Shown one piece after another: positions 12,254 through 25,392 of a stretch of DNA of 64,000 nt. The first letter of the stretch is position 1; the number at the start of each line of letters is the position of its first letter. The position numbers and the translations under genes were made by a program. The notes below the pieces were generated by a model. It was not told where the DNA came from and made no database searches. It saw nothing but the letters and a program-made list of their open reading frames with translations. Source of the DNA: Rhynchopus sp. YZ270_cl-10 (taxonomy: Eukaryota); NCBI GenBank assembly GCA_964035575.1, contig OZ037839.1, positions 1,922,001 to 1,986,000 of the forward strand, given 5' to 3'.

Positions 12254-12888
12254 CAGGGTATTAGGGTGGTTAAAAAAACTGGTTTTCAAAACCAGTTTTT
12301 CCAAAAACTGGTTTTCAAAAAAAAAAAAAAAACAGAGAAATCTGGAGGGGAAAAAAAAACCGACACTTTTCACCAGGCCTTTCTGTAAATGTCCTCCCCA
12401 GATTAGGGCGGACTCGATTTTTTCCCCCGCATTTTTTCCCCGCCTGGTAGAACCGTGGTTGAACCACGGGAGTGCCTTTGGGAAATGGCTGTTCCTTGAA
12501 TTTTTTTTGCCTGCGGCGCCATTTTTCATTTTTTGCTCCGTAAAAAGGGTTCGTTTGAGTGGCTCTGTGGTGTAAAAAGCTAGATTTTTACACCGTACCC
12601 TCAAAAAATTTTCGCCTGCGGCGCCATTTTATATTATTTTTTTGCTCCGCAAAAAAAAATGCAGTCCCTATGTTACCAATGTCTACCCTGGGTCAGCAGC
12701 GCCGAAAAATATTTTGAAATCGGATTCCTGGATAAGACACTGACCCCACCCTCGAAAAACTCGAAAGGGGTGACTGTGTCCGTCAACGGTGGAGGTTTTC
12801 GCCAGAAACACTAGTTTTTGCCGCCCAGGAGAGAAAACCAGAAAAACCAGTTTTTTCCGGGATTTTGGATTTTCACCCTAATACCCTG
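12254..12888. mobile_element. hAT-like non-autonomous element (family P)
   Basis: TIR CAGGGTATTAGGGTG; perfect 8-bp TSD CTTCAAAT. Confidence 0.92.
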
Positions 12889-13244
12889 CTTCAAATTATT
12901 AAAAAAAAAAAAATTGTTGTTTTTTCTGGATTTTTCCCTTCCCCCTTTCCTCATCATTTCTTTCAAAAAAATAAAAAATGATCGCATTCGTTTTACTCGT
13001 TATTTCCGTGCCTGCCAGCCTTCGGCGGTGGTAGCTTTTTCACTAAAAGAGCGAACGTATAAAGAACACCCATAATTTATTTTGTGACCAGTCATCTGTA
13101 TTCTTCAGGGGACTCGGGATGGATTACAAAGAAATTATCGTGTTCAGCACCGTAGTCGGAAAAATTGTCGACCGTAAAAATGTTCGGCCTTTTGAGGATT
13201 ATTTTTCTGGAAGTTCGATTTTTTTTTTTTTTACGGTACATTAT

Positions 13245-13830
13245 CAGTAATGTATATAGGGGTGGTGGGGGTACAGTAAAGGGGGAAATATGTGGGAAAC
13301 CCCCTTTTTTGGATTTTCGCGTGGTTGTGTGCAGGGTTTTATATAGCTAGCACCCACCAAAACGGTAGTTTTGTGTGAGGCAGTCATTGTTTTTGTGTGT
13401 GGAAAACTAGTGTCTTATCCAGGAATCCAGATTTCAAGATCGGGATCAGCTTGTTTTTTGCCCAAAAATTCAGCACTGCTGACAAGGGAAGACACTGGGA
13501 ACAATACTTTTTTTTGCGAAGCAAAAAAAATAATATAAAATGGCGCCGCAGGCGAAAAAAATTCATGGTACGGTGTAAAAATCTAGCTTTTTACACCACG
13601 AGTCACTCAGAGAACCCCTTTTTGCGGAATCCCGACTCGTTTTTTAGGCTTCTTGACGACCGTGCTCTTCATGGTGGGGTCGCGTTGCTCTGGAGTCCCT
13701 TCGGGAGCCCTCTTAGAGTCCTGTAAGGTAAGGTAAAAATTGCAAAAAATCCCGAAATTCTATAGTTTTTTTTTTTTTTCGATTTTTTGTGGGATTTGGT
13801 CCCACATACAGATACCTATATACATCACTG
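13245..13830. mobile_element. hAT-like non-autonomous element (family O), copy 2
   Basis: Colinear with 10751-11334; perfect 8-bp TSD TACATTAT. Confidence 0.92.
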
Positions 13831-14054
13831 TACATTATTCCGATTGCGGTACTTAAAACGCGTTTTGAAAAGAGTGGTCATTCTCGTGGGGAAAAAAAAA
13901 ATGTGGTAATTGAGGATGCATCATTGATGTATGACAACCTCTGTACTCTACACGCTGATCTCTTATCTGTTGTTGAGTCGACAATCATTCATGCGAAAAG
14001 TGGATGAAAGACGCGATCCAACCATATAAAAAAAGAGGGGGAAAAAAAAAAACA

Positions 14055-14112
14055 GTGGAGATTGCACAACTGTGGCAACACAACCGAGGCAACTACACTT
14101 CAACAATTTATC
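14055..14112 (+). mobile_element. Hairpin micro-retroposon family 2 (GTGGAGATTGC...GCAACTACACT-CAACAATTTATC-An)
   Basis: 12-bp TSD A10CA; other copies at 11969-12030, 18337-18408, 26249-26308, 41500-41556, diverged 11386-11436. Confidence 0.78.
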
Positions 14113-14755
14113 AAAAAAAAAACAAGTAATTGCTATCGGAAAAAAAACGGCGTGTGCTGTGGAACTCCACCCTGTAGAAGTAACCTACAACACACCCAGC
14201 ACTCTGCTCTTCTGCAGGTATGATAACGCTCTTCGTACGCTGCCAGACCCACTGGGACGCCTGCATCTGAAACGTTCAAGAAGGGGGGCTGTCCTCTTCA
14301 TCCAGCACCATCTGATCGATAGCGTTGTTGGACGTAGTCTCGGCAGGCTCGGCGTGTTCCAGATCGTTTTTGTCCACAGGGTCCCACGCAGTGTCGTCGT
14401 CGTTGGAGCAGTGCGGAAGAAGCACAGAATGCACAGACGACAACACGTCGAGCACACCAGGCACATCAGCACCTCCAGCAAATCGCTAGGATGCTACGGT
14501 GGTTTCGAAAACCACGCGGGGTTTTCCACAGCACACCCCGTTTTTTCCTTAGCAATTAGTTGTTCTTGTTGTTATTGTAATTTTCAACCACCTTCCTTCA
14601 ACCCTTGTAGGATCAGTTCTAATTTTTTTTCGCGAAAACTTGAAATGACACATTTCAAGAGAACAAATTAAAAAGGGTCCTTATTTGCATTTTTGGGCTC
14701 TGCCCGTGCAGTGGTGGGGTCAATCTCGAAAATTGGACAATTTTTTGACCACTTA

Positions 14756-16182
14756 CTGGGGGGGGCCGAATAGTGGACCCCCCCTGAATAGTAGACCCCC
14801 CTTGAATAGTAGACCCCCCCTGGGAATTCTGGGTTTTTTTAAATTTTTTTTCCTTTGAATAGTGGACCCCCCCTGAGAAATTCCGGGGAAATTTTTTTTT
14901 TCCGTTGAATAGTGGACCCCCCCCCAGGTTTTCGTTTTTTTTGACTTTTTGCGGAAGTCACGGAAAAATTTTAGAGGGGATCAACTACAAATTTCAAATT
15001 GATTTTTCTTTCTTTGGATAGATTTTGTGACAAATCTTTCCAAAGAAGCAAAAATCAGTATATTTTGACACACCCTATCAGCCTCATCGACAGGAGGGGT
15101 TTAGTAGAAATACAGGAAAAAAATTTTGGGGGGGTCTACTATTTAGGGGGGGTCTACTATTCCATCCTTGGACCGCCCGAAATATATTTCGGGCATTTCG
15201 GGCGAATTAGGGGCGGATTTCGGGCGATTTTTTGCGCCCGAATTCGCCCGAAAACGCCCGAAGTCGCCCGAAATGCAGATTTCGGGCGAATTCGGGCGCT
15301 TTTTCCTTAGTGAAAACCGACTAGGTAGGGTTCTACTCATTTTCGCAAAAAACTTTTTATATTTGGAAATATTTGATGTCAAATCTGTCAAAATAAGCAA
15401 TAATCGAAAACTTTTGTACACCTGAGTGCACTTTGGAGGCCCGTGAGAATCACCACCAAATCACGGGTTTTCTGACTATCATTTGCTTATTCCCACCCAA
15501 AACACACTGTGAACCGGGTTTTCACTATTTTTTCGTATTTCAGGGTGAATTTTTGTGAATTTTCGGGTCACAGGGTGGTTCTGACCCATTCTGGGGGGTG
15601 TTTCGGGCCTGTAGTTGCTCAGGAGATGCCCAAAAACGTGAAAAATCGCCATTTTACGTTTTTAGTAGTATTTTAGTGTAAATTGTTAGGGAAATCGGTT
15701 TTATACGTGGCTGCTAACAGAGCTGCACTCATATAAGTTGGGTTCTACTAGGAATTTTTGCTCAATTTTTTTTTCTTTGAACAAATTTTGTGCCAATCTT
15801 TCAAATAAAGCGTTAGATTTTTACACTGGTGGCATGCTTCCCAGCACACATAAGATACTGGTTGTGCGCCCGAATTCGCCCGAATCTGCCCGAAATCGCC
15901 CGAATTCGCCCGAAATGTGCCCAAATTCGCCCGAAATGCGCCCGAATTCGCCCGAATTACGTATAAATCCCCCTTAAAACGCCCGAAATATATTTCGGGC
16001 ACATTTCGGGCGCTCGGGATCCGCGCCCGAAAAATTCGCCCGAATTCGCCCGAAATATATTTCGGGCGGTCCAAGTATGCTATTCAACTTGGGAAAAAAA
16101 ATTTTTTTTTCTGAGACCCCCGATTTATACCCGTCGGTTCGCCTAATAGTGGACCCGGGGTCTACTATTCGGCCCCCCCCAG
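14756..16182. mobile_element. TA-flanked MITE with CTG-Gn ends (family G1)
   Basis: TA-CTGGGGGGGGCCGAATAGT...ACTATTCGGCCCCCCCCAG-TA; GAATAGT(G/A)GACCCC subterminal repeats. Confidence 0.88.
15163..16079. mobile_element. TIR element nested in G1, 6-bp TSD
   Basis: TIR CAT(C/A)CTTGGACCGCCCGAAATATATTTCGGGC; direct repeat CTATTC at 15157-15162 and 16080-16085; GCCCGAA(A/T) repeats. Confidence 0.85.
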
Positions 16183-16575
16183 TAAATTTTGAGAAATATG
16201 AGCCCGGTTGCTTATACGTGGGGCACATTTTCGGCTAAAATTTTCCTCAAAATCTGGTTTTGTAAAATTGACCCTTTACTCCCCCCCCACATCGATTTCA
16301 ATACTATACCTTACTTCACCTACGGTTACCCTTACAGGGGGGTGAAGGAAGGTATGTTGAAAAAAGAGAAAAAAGATACATCGAGAATTGGTGAAAAAAG
16401 CAGCGATTCTACACATGATCCAAACATCTGAGGTGAAACCCCTTTTTGTGTATAGGCGTTGCAAAGACCAAAAGTCCAGCTTTAGTTTTTTTTTCAACTC
16501 CTACGTTTTTACCCCACCTCTGTTTTTGGATCACTGTAAGAACAAAAAGGACAAAACTTTTTTAAAAAACAAGCA

Positions 16576-16778
16576 ACGGGTTGTTACCTACGATCATAGA
16601 TCAAATGATTGATTTGTTATTTGTTGTACCTAATGTGTCCTGTTATATGCACACCTCACAAATTTTTTTTTGAACGGTACTTTCAAATGCTAATTCGCTC
16701 TGTCATTTGGCTGGGGACCTGGGTACTTGGGGACCTGGGCCTCTGAGCTACGATCAACTATGATCGTAGGTAACCCGT
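16576..16778. mobile_element. Small degenerate MITE
   Basis: Inverted ends ACGGGTT(GTT)ACCTACGATCATAG; no TSD seen. Confidence 0.45.
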
Positions 16779-18243
16779 GAAAATATGCTCATAATTGGTG
16801 TTCTTGATTTCCCCCCCAAAAAGCACCTTAAAGGGCAACGATAGCAGAGGGTCGGGAACACCATCAGATGCATATGGCGGATGCCAGCTCGTTTGCCCCC
16901 ACCGGAAGTCCACAATCATCATCATACAATCCCTTCTACCAATTCTCAAACTAAAACGCAATATACAGTAAGACAACAAACATCGGGGGTAAAAACCCTC
17001 CTTAGAGTTTTGAAATTCCAAAATTCACAGTTTTAACCCCCCACCGGTGTTTGTTGCCTTACTGTATTTTTCTCCAGCCGGGACCTACATCACACAAGCC
17101 TGACTCTGTGTCTCCAATGCTCCCCGTTCTTCTGTTCAGAAGCGGGTTGAGTTGGCATATCAGATGTAAATCACGAAACGATTGTAAAGAGCATTGTTTT
17201 TCGAGTCTATCCTCCCCGGTTCGGTACCAACGGTACATTGACGCGAGGGGGGGCTTTAGATTTCAAAAAACCCATGTTTTTTTTGAACGAAAAAAAAAAA
17301 AAAAAAAAGAAGAAAAAAAAACCAGAAGTTAAATCGTCCAAAACCATACATCAACACCAATCCTTATCATACCCCTTAGAAGGTGACGAAGCAAGGCTTG
17401 GTTCATCTTGTCAACTTTTCTTTTTCTTTCTCCTTGTCAGCAACCCCCAAGCAACTTCGTGGGTTTGATAAACCCGCGGAGTGTCAGTGACTGTTAGGTG
17501 TCACGTCGTTCACTCACCCCAACCGTGCTCCGCAACACCACTCTGCAGGTGTGAGTGTGGAAGCGTCAACGCATCAAACAAGAAATACAGGGCGATCGGG
17601 GGAACGAAGTGACACTTTTATGTGTGTATTATGAAAACGAAACAAACAAATAAAACAAAACGTAGTGCAGCACATCCCCGCAAAGATTCCCTCCCAAGTT
17701 TTTTTTAAAGAATAGGTGACGGCTGCGTGGAGTTCAGGTGGTGTCAATACGTGGTCACTTAGTCAAAGAAAGAAAGAATAAATTGGAAAGCTCTGTGAAC
17801 ATATCTGCAAAACGCAAACCCGGGTTTGCTGTCATAGTGAAAGACTGTTTATAATATTGTGGCAGCTACACTAATCCAATAAATTCAGGCACTCCGCTAG
17901 GTACTAAAGTTCTGTTGATTGTCAACAGAACTTTTTGAAAATGGGGAAAAAAAGAAGAAAAAAAAAAGTTCTGCTAAGTGGTTCAGACCCGTTCTACCTG
18001 TCAAAAAAGCTCAGGAGAAGAAGATATGGAGAGGTGAGTGCTCAAACGTCCCAAAAAAGTCAAAATCGGGCGTTGGTAAAAAAAAAAGTTGCGTACCGTG
18101 CGCCTGCGGCGCAAGCATGTACCCCACCAACGTGGACCATCAACAGAATATTTTCAAAATCGGAAATCCTAGCGGAGAGCCTGAATAAATTATCAAAAAA
18201 AAAAAAAAGAAGATTCGTTTGAAGAACAATAATAAAAAACATT

Positions 18244-18320
18244 GCGTCCGTGAGGACAGCCGTGACTGATACTTTCTGTATTAGCACACGATGCACTTAG
18301 GCACGTAGCTACCTGAGTAC
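18244..18320 (+). repeat. ~80-bp A-tailed dispersed repeat
   Basis: Reverse-complement copy at 30700-30782 next to a T19 tract; both end CCTGAGTAC followed by an A-rich tail. Confidence 0.75.
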
Positions 18321-18523
18321 AACAAAAACAGTGGACAGTGGAGATTGCACAACTGTGGCAACACAACCGAGGCAACTACACTACTCCAACAATTTTTCAA
18401 AAAATTAGGAAAAGCACAATCCTGTCCATCTGGGTCTACATGAATACATTCCAACCACTTACTTCATCCCTTTCTCGTGTCACGTTTTTTTCTTCTTTTT
18501 CTTTTTTTTTTTTTTAAATTTTC

Positions 18524-21500
18524 CAGTGTTTCCCAGCATCTCACCTAACTCTGAAAATAGGTGAGATTTTGCGGTTTTGCGGGTTTTTGTATAGGTGTGG
18601 CGAGCCCGGGCGCGCTTCGCGCGCCCGGGTCCCCACCTTAGCTCAAGTTGGGGGCCTCCGGCGGAATGTGAGAATTTCTCGGAGTTCGGCACTTCATTTA
18701 TATTGATATTTGCACCAGTACATTTACAAAATAAACGGCAGTCATGGCAGGCATGACACCCAAGCGAAGCCACGGTACGCATCATTTCTAAAAATTGTTG
18801 ACATAAATGTCACTGTCGTTGGAAGATTGGGGGGTCAGCTTGTTTTTGTGCCCAAAATTTCTCAGCGCTGCTGACCAGGGACATTGGGAACATAGGGATT
18901 TTTGCGGAGCAAAAAAAAAATCAAACAAATGGCGCCGCAGGCGAAAAAAAAATTAGGGTACAGTGTAAAAATCTATCTTTTTTACAGCACATAGTCACAC
19001 ACCTATTATGGTCCTAACCCTTTTTTGCGGAGCAAAAAAGGGAAAATGGCGCCGCAGGCAAAAAAAAATTGAGGTACAGCCTGGATGGTGCGGTCAGCAA
19101 CCCAGTTCCCCATGGTACTCCCGTGGTTCAACCATGATTTTTTTTTTTTTTTTTCTTCCCTGCAGGTGAGATTTCTCACCTCACTTTTTTTTTTTTTTTT
19201 TTTTGTGAGATTCAGAGGTTTTTTTTGGGACCGGTTTTTTTGACCTTAGGGGGGGTGAGGTGTTTTTCGGGTTGCAAAATTTTTCGCGCGCTTCGCGCGC
19301 GAAGCCCCTGGAGAAGCTGGTTCGTGGGGGATTTTTGGAATCCGTCCGCGCTGTGGTGGGGTCAATTTGACGAAATGGACAAGTTCTTGGCTTTTGGTCA
19401 ACATCAGTGTAAGGGCCAAGTGATCCTGCCGACTGAACAAGAAAAGGGGGAAACTGGGTCAAGGGCTGCCGCGCCGCAGGCGGAAATTTTTAGATACCGT
19501 CCACTTTTTTGAGTTAAGTACCATGTCATACAATTTACAGTAAGCTTGCGCCGCAGGCGCACGGTACGCTACTTTTATGATTTCGCCCTATCCTTTTTTC
19601 TCATTCCTCGTTGGGTTCTACGAGCTCCGTCCGTCAAATTCTAGGAAAACACGCCCACCCTCTAACTCCCTTAGATGGTTCTTGGGGCGCGAGAAAGGTA
19701 TCGGGGGGAGAGTAAGAGAACACCATCAAGATTTTTTTTTTATTTTCCAAAAAAAAATTTTATTTTCACCCCCCCAAACAGGGCGCGCGCTAAATCCACA
19801 CCCTCACACCCGGTTTTTTCGAGGTTTTTTCGCGGTACAAAAATTTTTTGATTACACGATTTCCTTAAGAAAATCAGAGAATCCCATATTGTACAGTAAG
19901 GGCACTTCAGATAGTTTTTGGACACACATGTGACCCCACCGTGGAGAGCAATCGGCTCGCGCAATCAAAAGAAAGCAGAGAAAAGGGGAAAAAAAAACGA
20001 AAAAGTTGGGTACCGTGCGCCTGCGGCGCTACCTGTTCCCTACCTCCCCATGATGTACTTATGTATATTCCACCTGATTTTGACCATGTTTGCCAGTGTT
20101 TTCCGGTGTTGGCCGGTGAAGTCACGGTACTGTGTACTGTGTACTGTGCACTGGCTGTCCGAAAGACCTGAAAATGACCCTTGTTTACGAGTATGGGTTC
20201 ATATTTTGTGAAAATTTAAGTCACCAAAATTTTGTCCATTTTTCCGTATATCCCCCACCACAGCCCGGGATTTTCTCGGAAATGTAACATGACCCTGATT
20301 TTTCTGCCCCCCTTCACATACTTCCTGTAGGTACATTTTTTTGGACCCGATATCCATTTTTTCGGGAAATTTCCGAAAAGTTAGCGCGCGCCCTGCCCCC
20401 AAAAGCCGGGAAAAAAATCGTGGGGGGGGGGTTAGGGGAGGGTCACTGGGTGAACAAAATCCATTTTTTCGAAATTTAAATTTAGACCGTTCTAAGTACA
20501 AAAAAACCATACATTCGGACCCTGGGGGTGTGGGAAATGAATTTCCGCCCGGTTTTGACCCACTATATACCCCAGAGATTACTTTTTTGAGCTTCTTGAA
20601 AAAATGAGACAGAACTTGTACCTACCCACCGAGACGGAACTTGAACCTTTTCACCCCTCCATTCATCGAACCTAAATGCGGTCTATCTCCGGTGTAAAAT
20701 CACTCAAAACCCCCCAAAAAATGCCACGGGGTGTGAAAAATCCCCAGAACGCGCATGAGACTGCGGCTAAGTTTGTTGCGAGGCCTTCTATTTGGAAGCT
20801 GCCTATGTGTCAGGTGCCTTTGGATAAGGTACAGAGCGTGTGGGGAGCCAGTTGTGGGGTCTTGTTTGGCACGATGTTGCAGGGAGCTGGAGGACTGTGA
20901 CTCTTGCTCAAACTTGCTGGGACTGGGACTCTTGCTCGTACAGTGACTCCCGCTTGTGACTCTCACTTCATCCTCTCTGTCCCGACTCTCTCTCTCCACT
21001 CACGCCCCACTGCTCACGGTGCCCCCGGCACTACCCCAACCCCATCGGGGTACTATAAATTATAAATCTAGCGACAAGTGCACCAAACTTGAGGGGGAAG
21101 AAGTACAAGGACATATCCGACCTCTCCAGGATCGGCAAGAAGAAGGTGAACCGCGCAGTGCCCTCACAGCAGAACGTGCCCCTTCTGGATATACAATTGT
21201 AGTAATGGGACGTTCCCACTGGGATCACCCATGCAGGATGCTTCGTCAGGGAGTCAATTTGGAAGTGATGTCAAAGCAACAAGGGCTCGAAGTCGACAGA
21301 ATTAGTGTTCCAGACTTGCGACACAGTGTTTTTTGGGGCACTGAGCGCTGTTGTCGACCCTTTGCGCTCCAGCAATGAGGAGGAAAGCGAATGACCATAT
21401 TGACAAGGGTATCAAAGGGGGGCTCAGGTACAAGTTCTGTCTCACCACATTGAAAAACCTAAATTAGGTATTTTCTGGTGCTCAAAAGTCGCCAAAACCG

Positions 21501-22378
21501 GGCGGAAAGTCATTTTTGGGGGGTTATGGTACCGAATAAGTGCAAAAAATACGGTTTTCAACAATTTCGAGAAAAATGAGTTTGTATACACGGCGTACGA
21601 AAGCGCTTCGAGGAGTTTTTTGAGAAATTTTCAAAAAAAAAAGCGCTTGAATTTTTAGGAAAAAGCGCTTTTTTTTCCTGAAGGGGTTTGTTAAGGGGGT
21701 TTAAGTCCACACTACAAGTGACCCAAACCAAATTTATCGAGTAGCCGATTTCCCGCTGTGGGCATTTTTCTGACAAAAATTACGAACGCGGTGCCATTTT
21801 ATGGCAACATTTTTTAGAAATGTTGCGTACCGTGGCTTCGCCAGGAACCTTTGGGTGCCATGACTGCTGTTTACTGATAAGAAGGCTGACATCCACTGCG
21901 GCTTGTGCACGGCCACCTGCACCGGCCACGGAAGAGTACAATGTACATGCCTCCTGCACAACAGCCCGGTAGGAAGTGAGAAGTCGCTGATTCGGAGGAA
22001 CTCTGACTGTGCTTGGGTAATATTCGTCTCTCTGCCGGAGGCTACGATTGAAGGGGGTTTTTTTTGGGACCATCAACAGAAGTTTTTCAAAACTCAAAAA
22101 TCCTGGCGGCGGGGCTGACCCCAACGCAAAAAAACAACCAAAATATCAAAAAAAACATGAGAACAGGTACGCCTTACCAAAAACCCCACACAAAAAAAAA
22201 AGCGCTTTTTTTTTTTCATCAAGCGAAAAGTGCTTTTTTTTTCCCCCGAAAAAAAAAAACGCTTCAAGCGCTTTCGTACGCCGTGTGTATACACAAATTT
22301 GGTAACATGCAGTGACCCCCCCGTAAAAAAACCTCTGGTGAGATTTCTCACCCCAAAATCTCACCGTGGGAAACACTG
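18524..22378. mobile_element. Large composite hAT-like non-autonomous element (family R)
   Basis: TIR CAGTGTTTCCCA...TGGGAAACACTG; 8-bp TSD AAATTTTC/TAATTTTC (1 mismatch); TCTCACC subterminal motifs; interior is a patchwork of other repeat modules. Confidence 0.75.
20605..21444. mobile_element. TG...CA element with 19-bp TIR, solo-LTR-like
   Basis: TGAGACAGAACTTGTACCT...AGGTACAAGTTCTGTCTCA; internal TATA-like TATAAATTATAAA and CT-rich tract; no TSD visible. Confidence 0.6.
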
Positions 22379-22702
22379 TAATTTTCCCTTTTTTTTGCTT
22401 CGCCTTTTATGTGATGATCTCTCTCCTCTTTTTCTTTTCTTCGACGATTCCCCTTGTTTTCAACTTCTGATTTTACTGAATTTTCACAAATAAAGAAAGA
22501 ATGGTCTGGCTGAAGGGGGGATTCGCACTTTTTCTGCACTTTTTGCGCCCCCCCATTCAGCTGTACCATCTAAGAAGATTTTTTTTTAATCGGGATTTTC
22601 TCAAATCCATTTTAGCAGAGTGCGTTTTGCCTGTTAAATCGAATCATTTATGTATAACCCATAGAGTGTGCAGTGCTGCTGCGTCCGCGTTAGCACTATA
22701 TC

Positions 22703-22854
22703 TGGTGCTCCTGAAAACCCCATTTTGCGTACTTGTTGCGCACTTTGTGCACGAAAAAAAAAATAATAATACAGGAATACCCTATATTGCGTACTTGTTA
22801 CGTATTTAGTGCGTAGTTGTTGCATACTTGGTATTTTTTATTTCAGGAGCACCA
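22703..22854. mobile_element. 152-bp TG...CA mini-element with 5-bp TSD
   Basis: TIR TGGTGCTCCTGAAA; TSD ATATC at 22698-22702 and 22855-22859. Confidence 0.8.
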
Positions 22855-23673
22855 ATATCAACCTCACTTTATGTCCCGTCTCCTTTGCTTTCCTTCTCTT
22901 TTTCTCTTGTCTCGCAAATGGCGATAAATAGAAATGAGTGAGCAGGAAGGTGGGCTACCGTCAATAAGAAACCATCTTACCCTCCCCTTTTTTTCTCCCC
23001 ACTTCTTTTTTGTTTTCCCCAACTCTTTTCTTTTTACATAAATTTATAAAGACATAAAAGCTCTCTTATTAAAAGCAAAACAACACAACAAAGTCACAAA
23101 AATGTCAAAATTTTCATAAAACCCCATCCGAACCCCTTTTTTTTTGGCTGTTGCTGTTTTTTCTTTCGCACACCATAAAAACTTTCACAGGCGGGGGAAA
23201 AGAACAACAACAACCTGCATACCCATAAAACCCTTTTTACAACTCAAAAAAAAAAAAAAACGACAATTTGGTGATTCTTTTTGAAGACTCAAAGAAGTGT
23301 TGTGTTGGGAATCATCGTCAACAGTTTGCTCTGCTGTTAAAAAGGAGACATGAGCACCCTTTTTTTCACAAAAAAATTTCCAACAATAAAAACAACAACA
23401 ATATTTTTTGAAAGATTGTTGCCAACAGTATATTGAATGTCACACCCTCCACTCCCCCACACCTTCCCAGGACCCACCTGCTTATACTATATTTCATTTA
23501 AACGATTGAGGCCCAACCAAAATGCCTTGTGTGAATCCTCTCACCTCATTTTTTCCTGAAATTTTGGTGGAGTTTTGGAGGAGTTGGTGGGGATTTGAAT
23601 ACCACCAAAATACCTCCAAATTTCAGGGCAAAAATCAGGTCAGGGCTCTATATAATCAATTAGGTTCTTTTTT

Positions 23674-23741
23674 GTGCTTTCATCCTGATGGCTGGCATCG
23701 TACAGTGGGTCAGTCGGAGGTGCCTGCATTAATAACTTCAC
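23674..23741 (-). repeat. ~70-bp dispersed repeat, family 4 (ends GGATGAAAGCAC-An on the minus strand)
   Basis: Copies at 35902-35972, 43764-43825, 46526-46574, partial 46762-46800 and 10370-10400; T-rich flanks. Confidence 0.8.
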
Positions 23742-23822
23742 TTTTTTTTGTTCAAACTGAGTACCCGACTTTACTTCCTTTTTTTCCTTATCTCGCTCAC
23801 AAGATAAGAAAAAACAGGTAGC

Positions 23823-23868
23823 AGTGAAGCACACTCTAGGGTGGCTACACTAATACAACCAAGTTTTC
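23823..23868 (+). mobile_element. Hairpin micro-retroposon family 1 (TAGTGGAGC...GCTACACTA-ATACAACCAAGTTTTC-An)
   Basis: 14-bp imperfect TSD AAAAAACAGGTAGC/AAAAAAAAGGAAGC; other copies at 26334, 32266, 35070, 39310, 40720, 47146, 50601, 58670-58715 (-), 60409 (internally deleted). Confidence 0.8.
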
Positions 23869-24246
23869 AAAAAAAAGGAAGCAACGAGGTTGGGGAATAG
23901 TTTCAAAAATTTTTCGAACCCCTAAAAAAGGCTCATCACAAATTCAGAAGAAATAATAAAAAAAAACCCCTTTCATCTTTTGTTTAGTAGGTACTCTACC
24001 CACGTCATACGCATCGAAAACATTCATTTGCATTTCATCATAACTGCGCTTCGTTTTTCTTTTACCATATGCTATGGTAGTGTGTGTGTTGCTGGAAGCG
24101 AATGAATCACAAGTTTATGTATTTCTCCCCCGCCCCATTTTCAGGTAGGGAAAGAGGTCGGGTTGGGTTCAAAACAAACAAACACTTACAGACAGCATAA
24201 GTCATGGATCAAATCGTCATCTCAAAAAGTAACGTACCATGTCTTA

Positions 24247-24668
24247 CTGGGGGGGGGGGGGGGGGGCTAATACAAGAGGTACCTCTTCTATTAGGCGTAA
24301 GAATTTACGCCTAAAAAAATTTTTTTTAGGTGGAAGTCTAATACAAGAGGTACCTCTTGTATTAGCTTTTTTTTTCTGGATTTTTGCTAAATTTTTTTCT
24401 GGATTTTTACTCTCGCCAACCAGTAACACGGGAAAATTTTCAACTTTTTGATCGTACCTGGCCGCAATTGAAAGATTTTGAGCAAACCTTTCATTTGACA
24501 CCATCGATTTATTTTTTTGAAAAAAAGTGATCAAGTCAAATAAAGGAAAGAATAAAGTACCTCTTGTATTAGCCGGTAAAAAATCGTGAAAATCCCGATT
24601 TCAAAGTACCTCTTGTATTAGGCATACCTCTTGTATTAGCAGTACCTCTTGTATTAGCCCCCCCCCAG
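24247..24668. mobile_element. TA-flanked MITE (family G2)
   Basis: TA-CTG-Gn-CTAATACAAGAGGTAC ends; inverted near-identical copy at 24979-25392. Confidence 0.9.
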
Positions 24669-24697
24669 TAACGACCCTTGGTCATGCTGCGAAAGTA

Positions 24698-24976
24698 AAG
24701 GGGGGGGAGGGATAATTGTAGTGGGGGATAACTGTAGAATGGCGGATAAAATAAAAAATATCGCCAGTTTTTTCTTCTCAAAAAATGGGGGATAGTTGTA
24801 GTGGGGGATAAAAAAAAAATATCTCTCTTTTTTCCCACCTGAATATCCCCATCCCCAAGGAAAATCCACACCAAAAACGCGGTGTGGGAAGTGGGGGATA
24901 ACTGTAGTGGGGGATAAAATAAAATAAAATGGGGGAGAAAAAACGGGGGATAATTGTTTTATCCCCCACCCCCCTT
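24698..24976. mobile_element. TA-flanked MITE (family H)
   Basis: TA-AAGGGGGG...GGGATA / TATCCC...CCCCCTT-TA; GTAGTGGGGGATAA repeats. Confidence 0.7.
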
Positions 24977-24978
24977 TA

Positions 24979-25392
24979 CTGGGGGGGGGCTAATACAAGA
25001 GGTACTGCTAATACAAGAGGTATGCCTAATACAAGAGGTACTTTGAAATCGGGATTTTCACGATTTTTTACCGGCTAATACAAGAGGTACTTTATTCTTT
25101 CCTTTATTTGACTTGATCACTTTTTTTCAAAAAAATAAATCGATGGTGTCAAATGAAAGGTTTGCTCAAAATCTTTCAATTGCGGCCAGGTACGATCAAA
25201 AAGTTGAAAATTTTCCCGTGTTACTGGTTGGCGAGAGTAAAAATCCAGAAAAAAATTTAGCAAAAATCCAGAAAAAAAAAGCTAATACAAGCGGTACCTC
25301 TTGTATTAGACTTCCACCTAAAAAAAAAATTTTTAGGCGTAAATTCTTACGCCTAATAGAAGAGGTACCTCTTGTATTAGCCCCCCCCCCAG
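24979..25392. mobile_element. TA-flanked MITE (family G2), second copy, inverted
   Basis: Reverse complement of 24247-24668; shares the TA at 24977-24978 with element H. Confidence 0.9.

Noticed and set aside
23674..23741. Hammerhead-ribozyme-like words (CTGATG, GAAA) in family 4
   Set aside because: They lie on opposite strands, CTGATGA is incomplete, and it is not conserved in other copies
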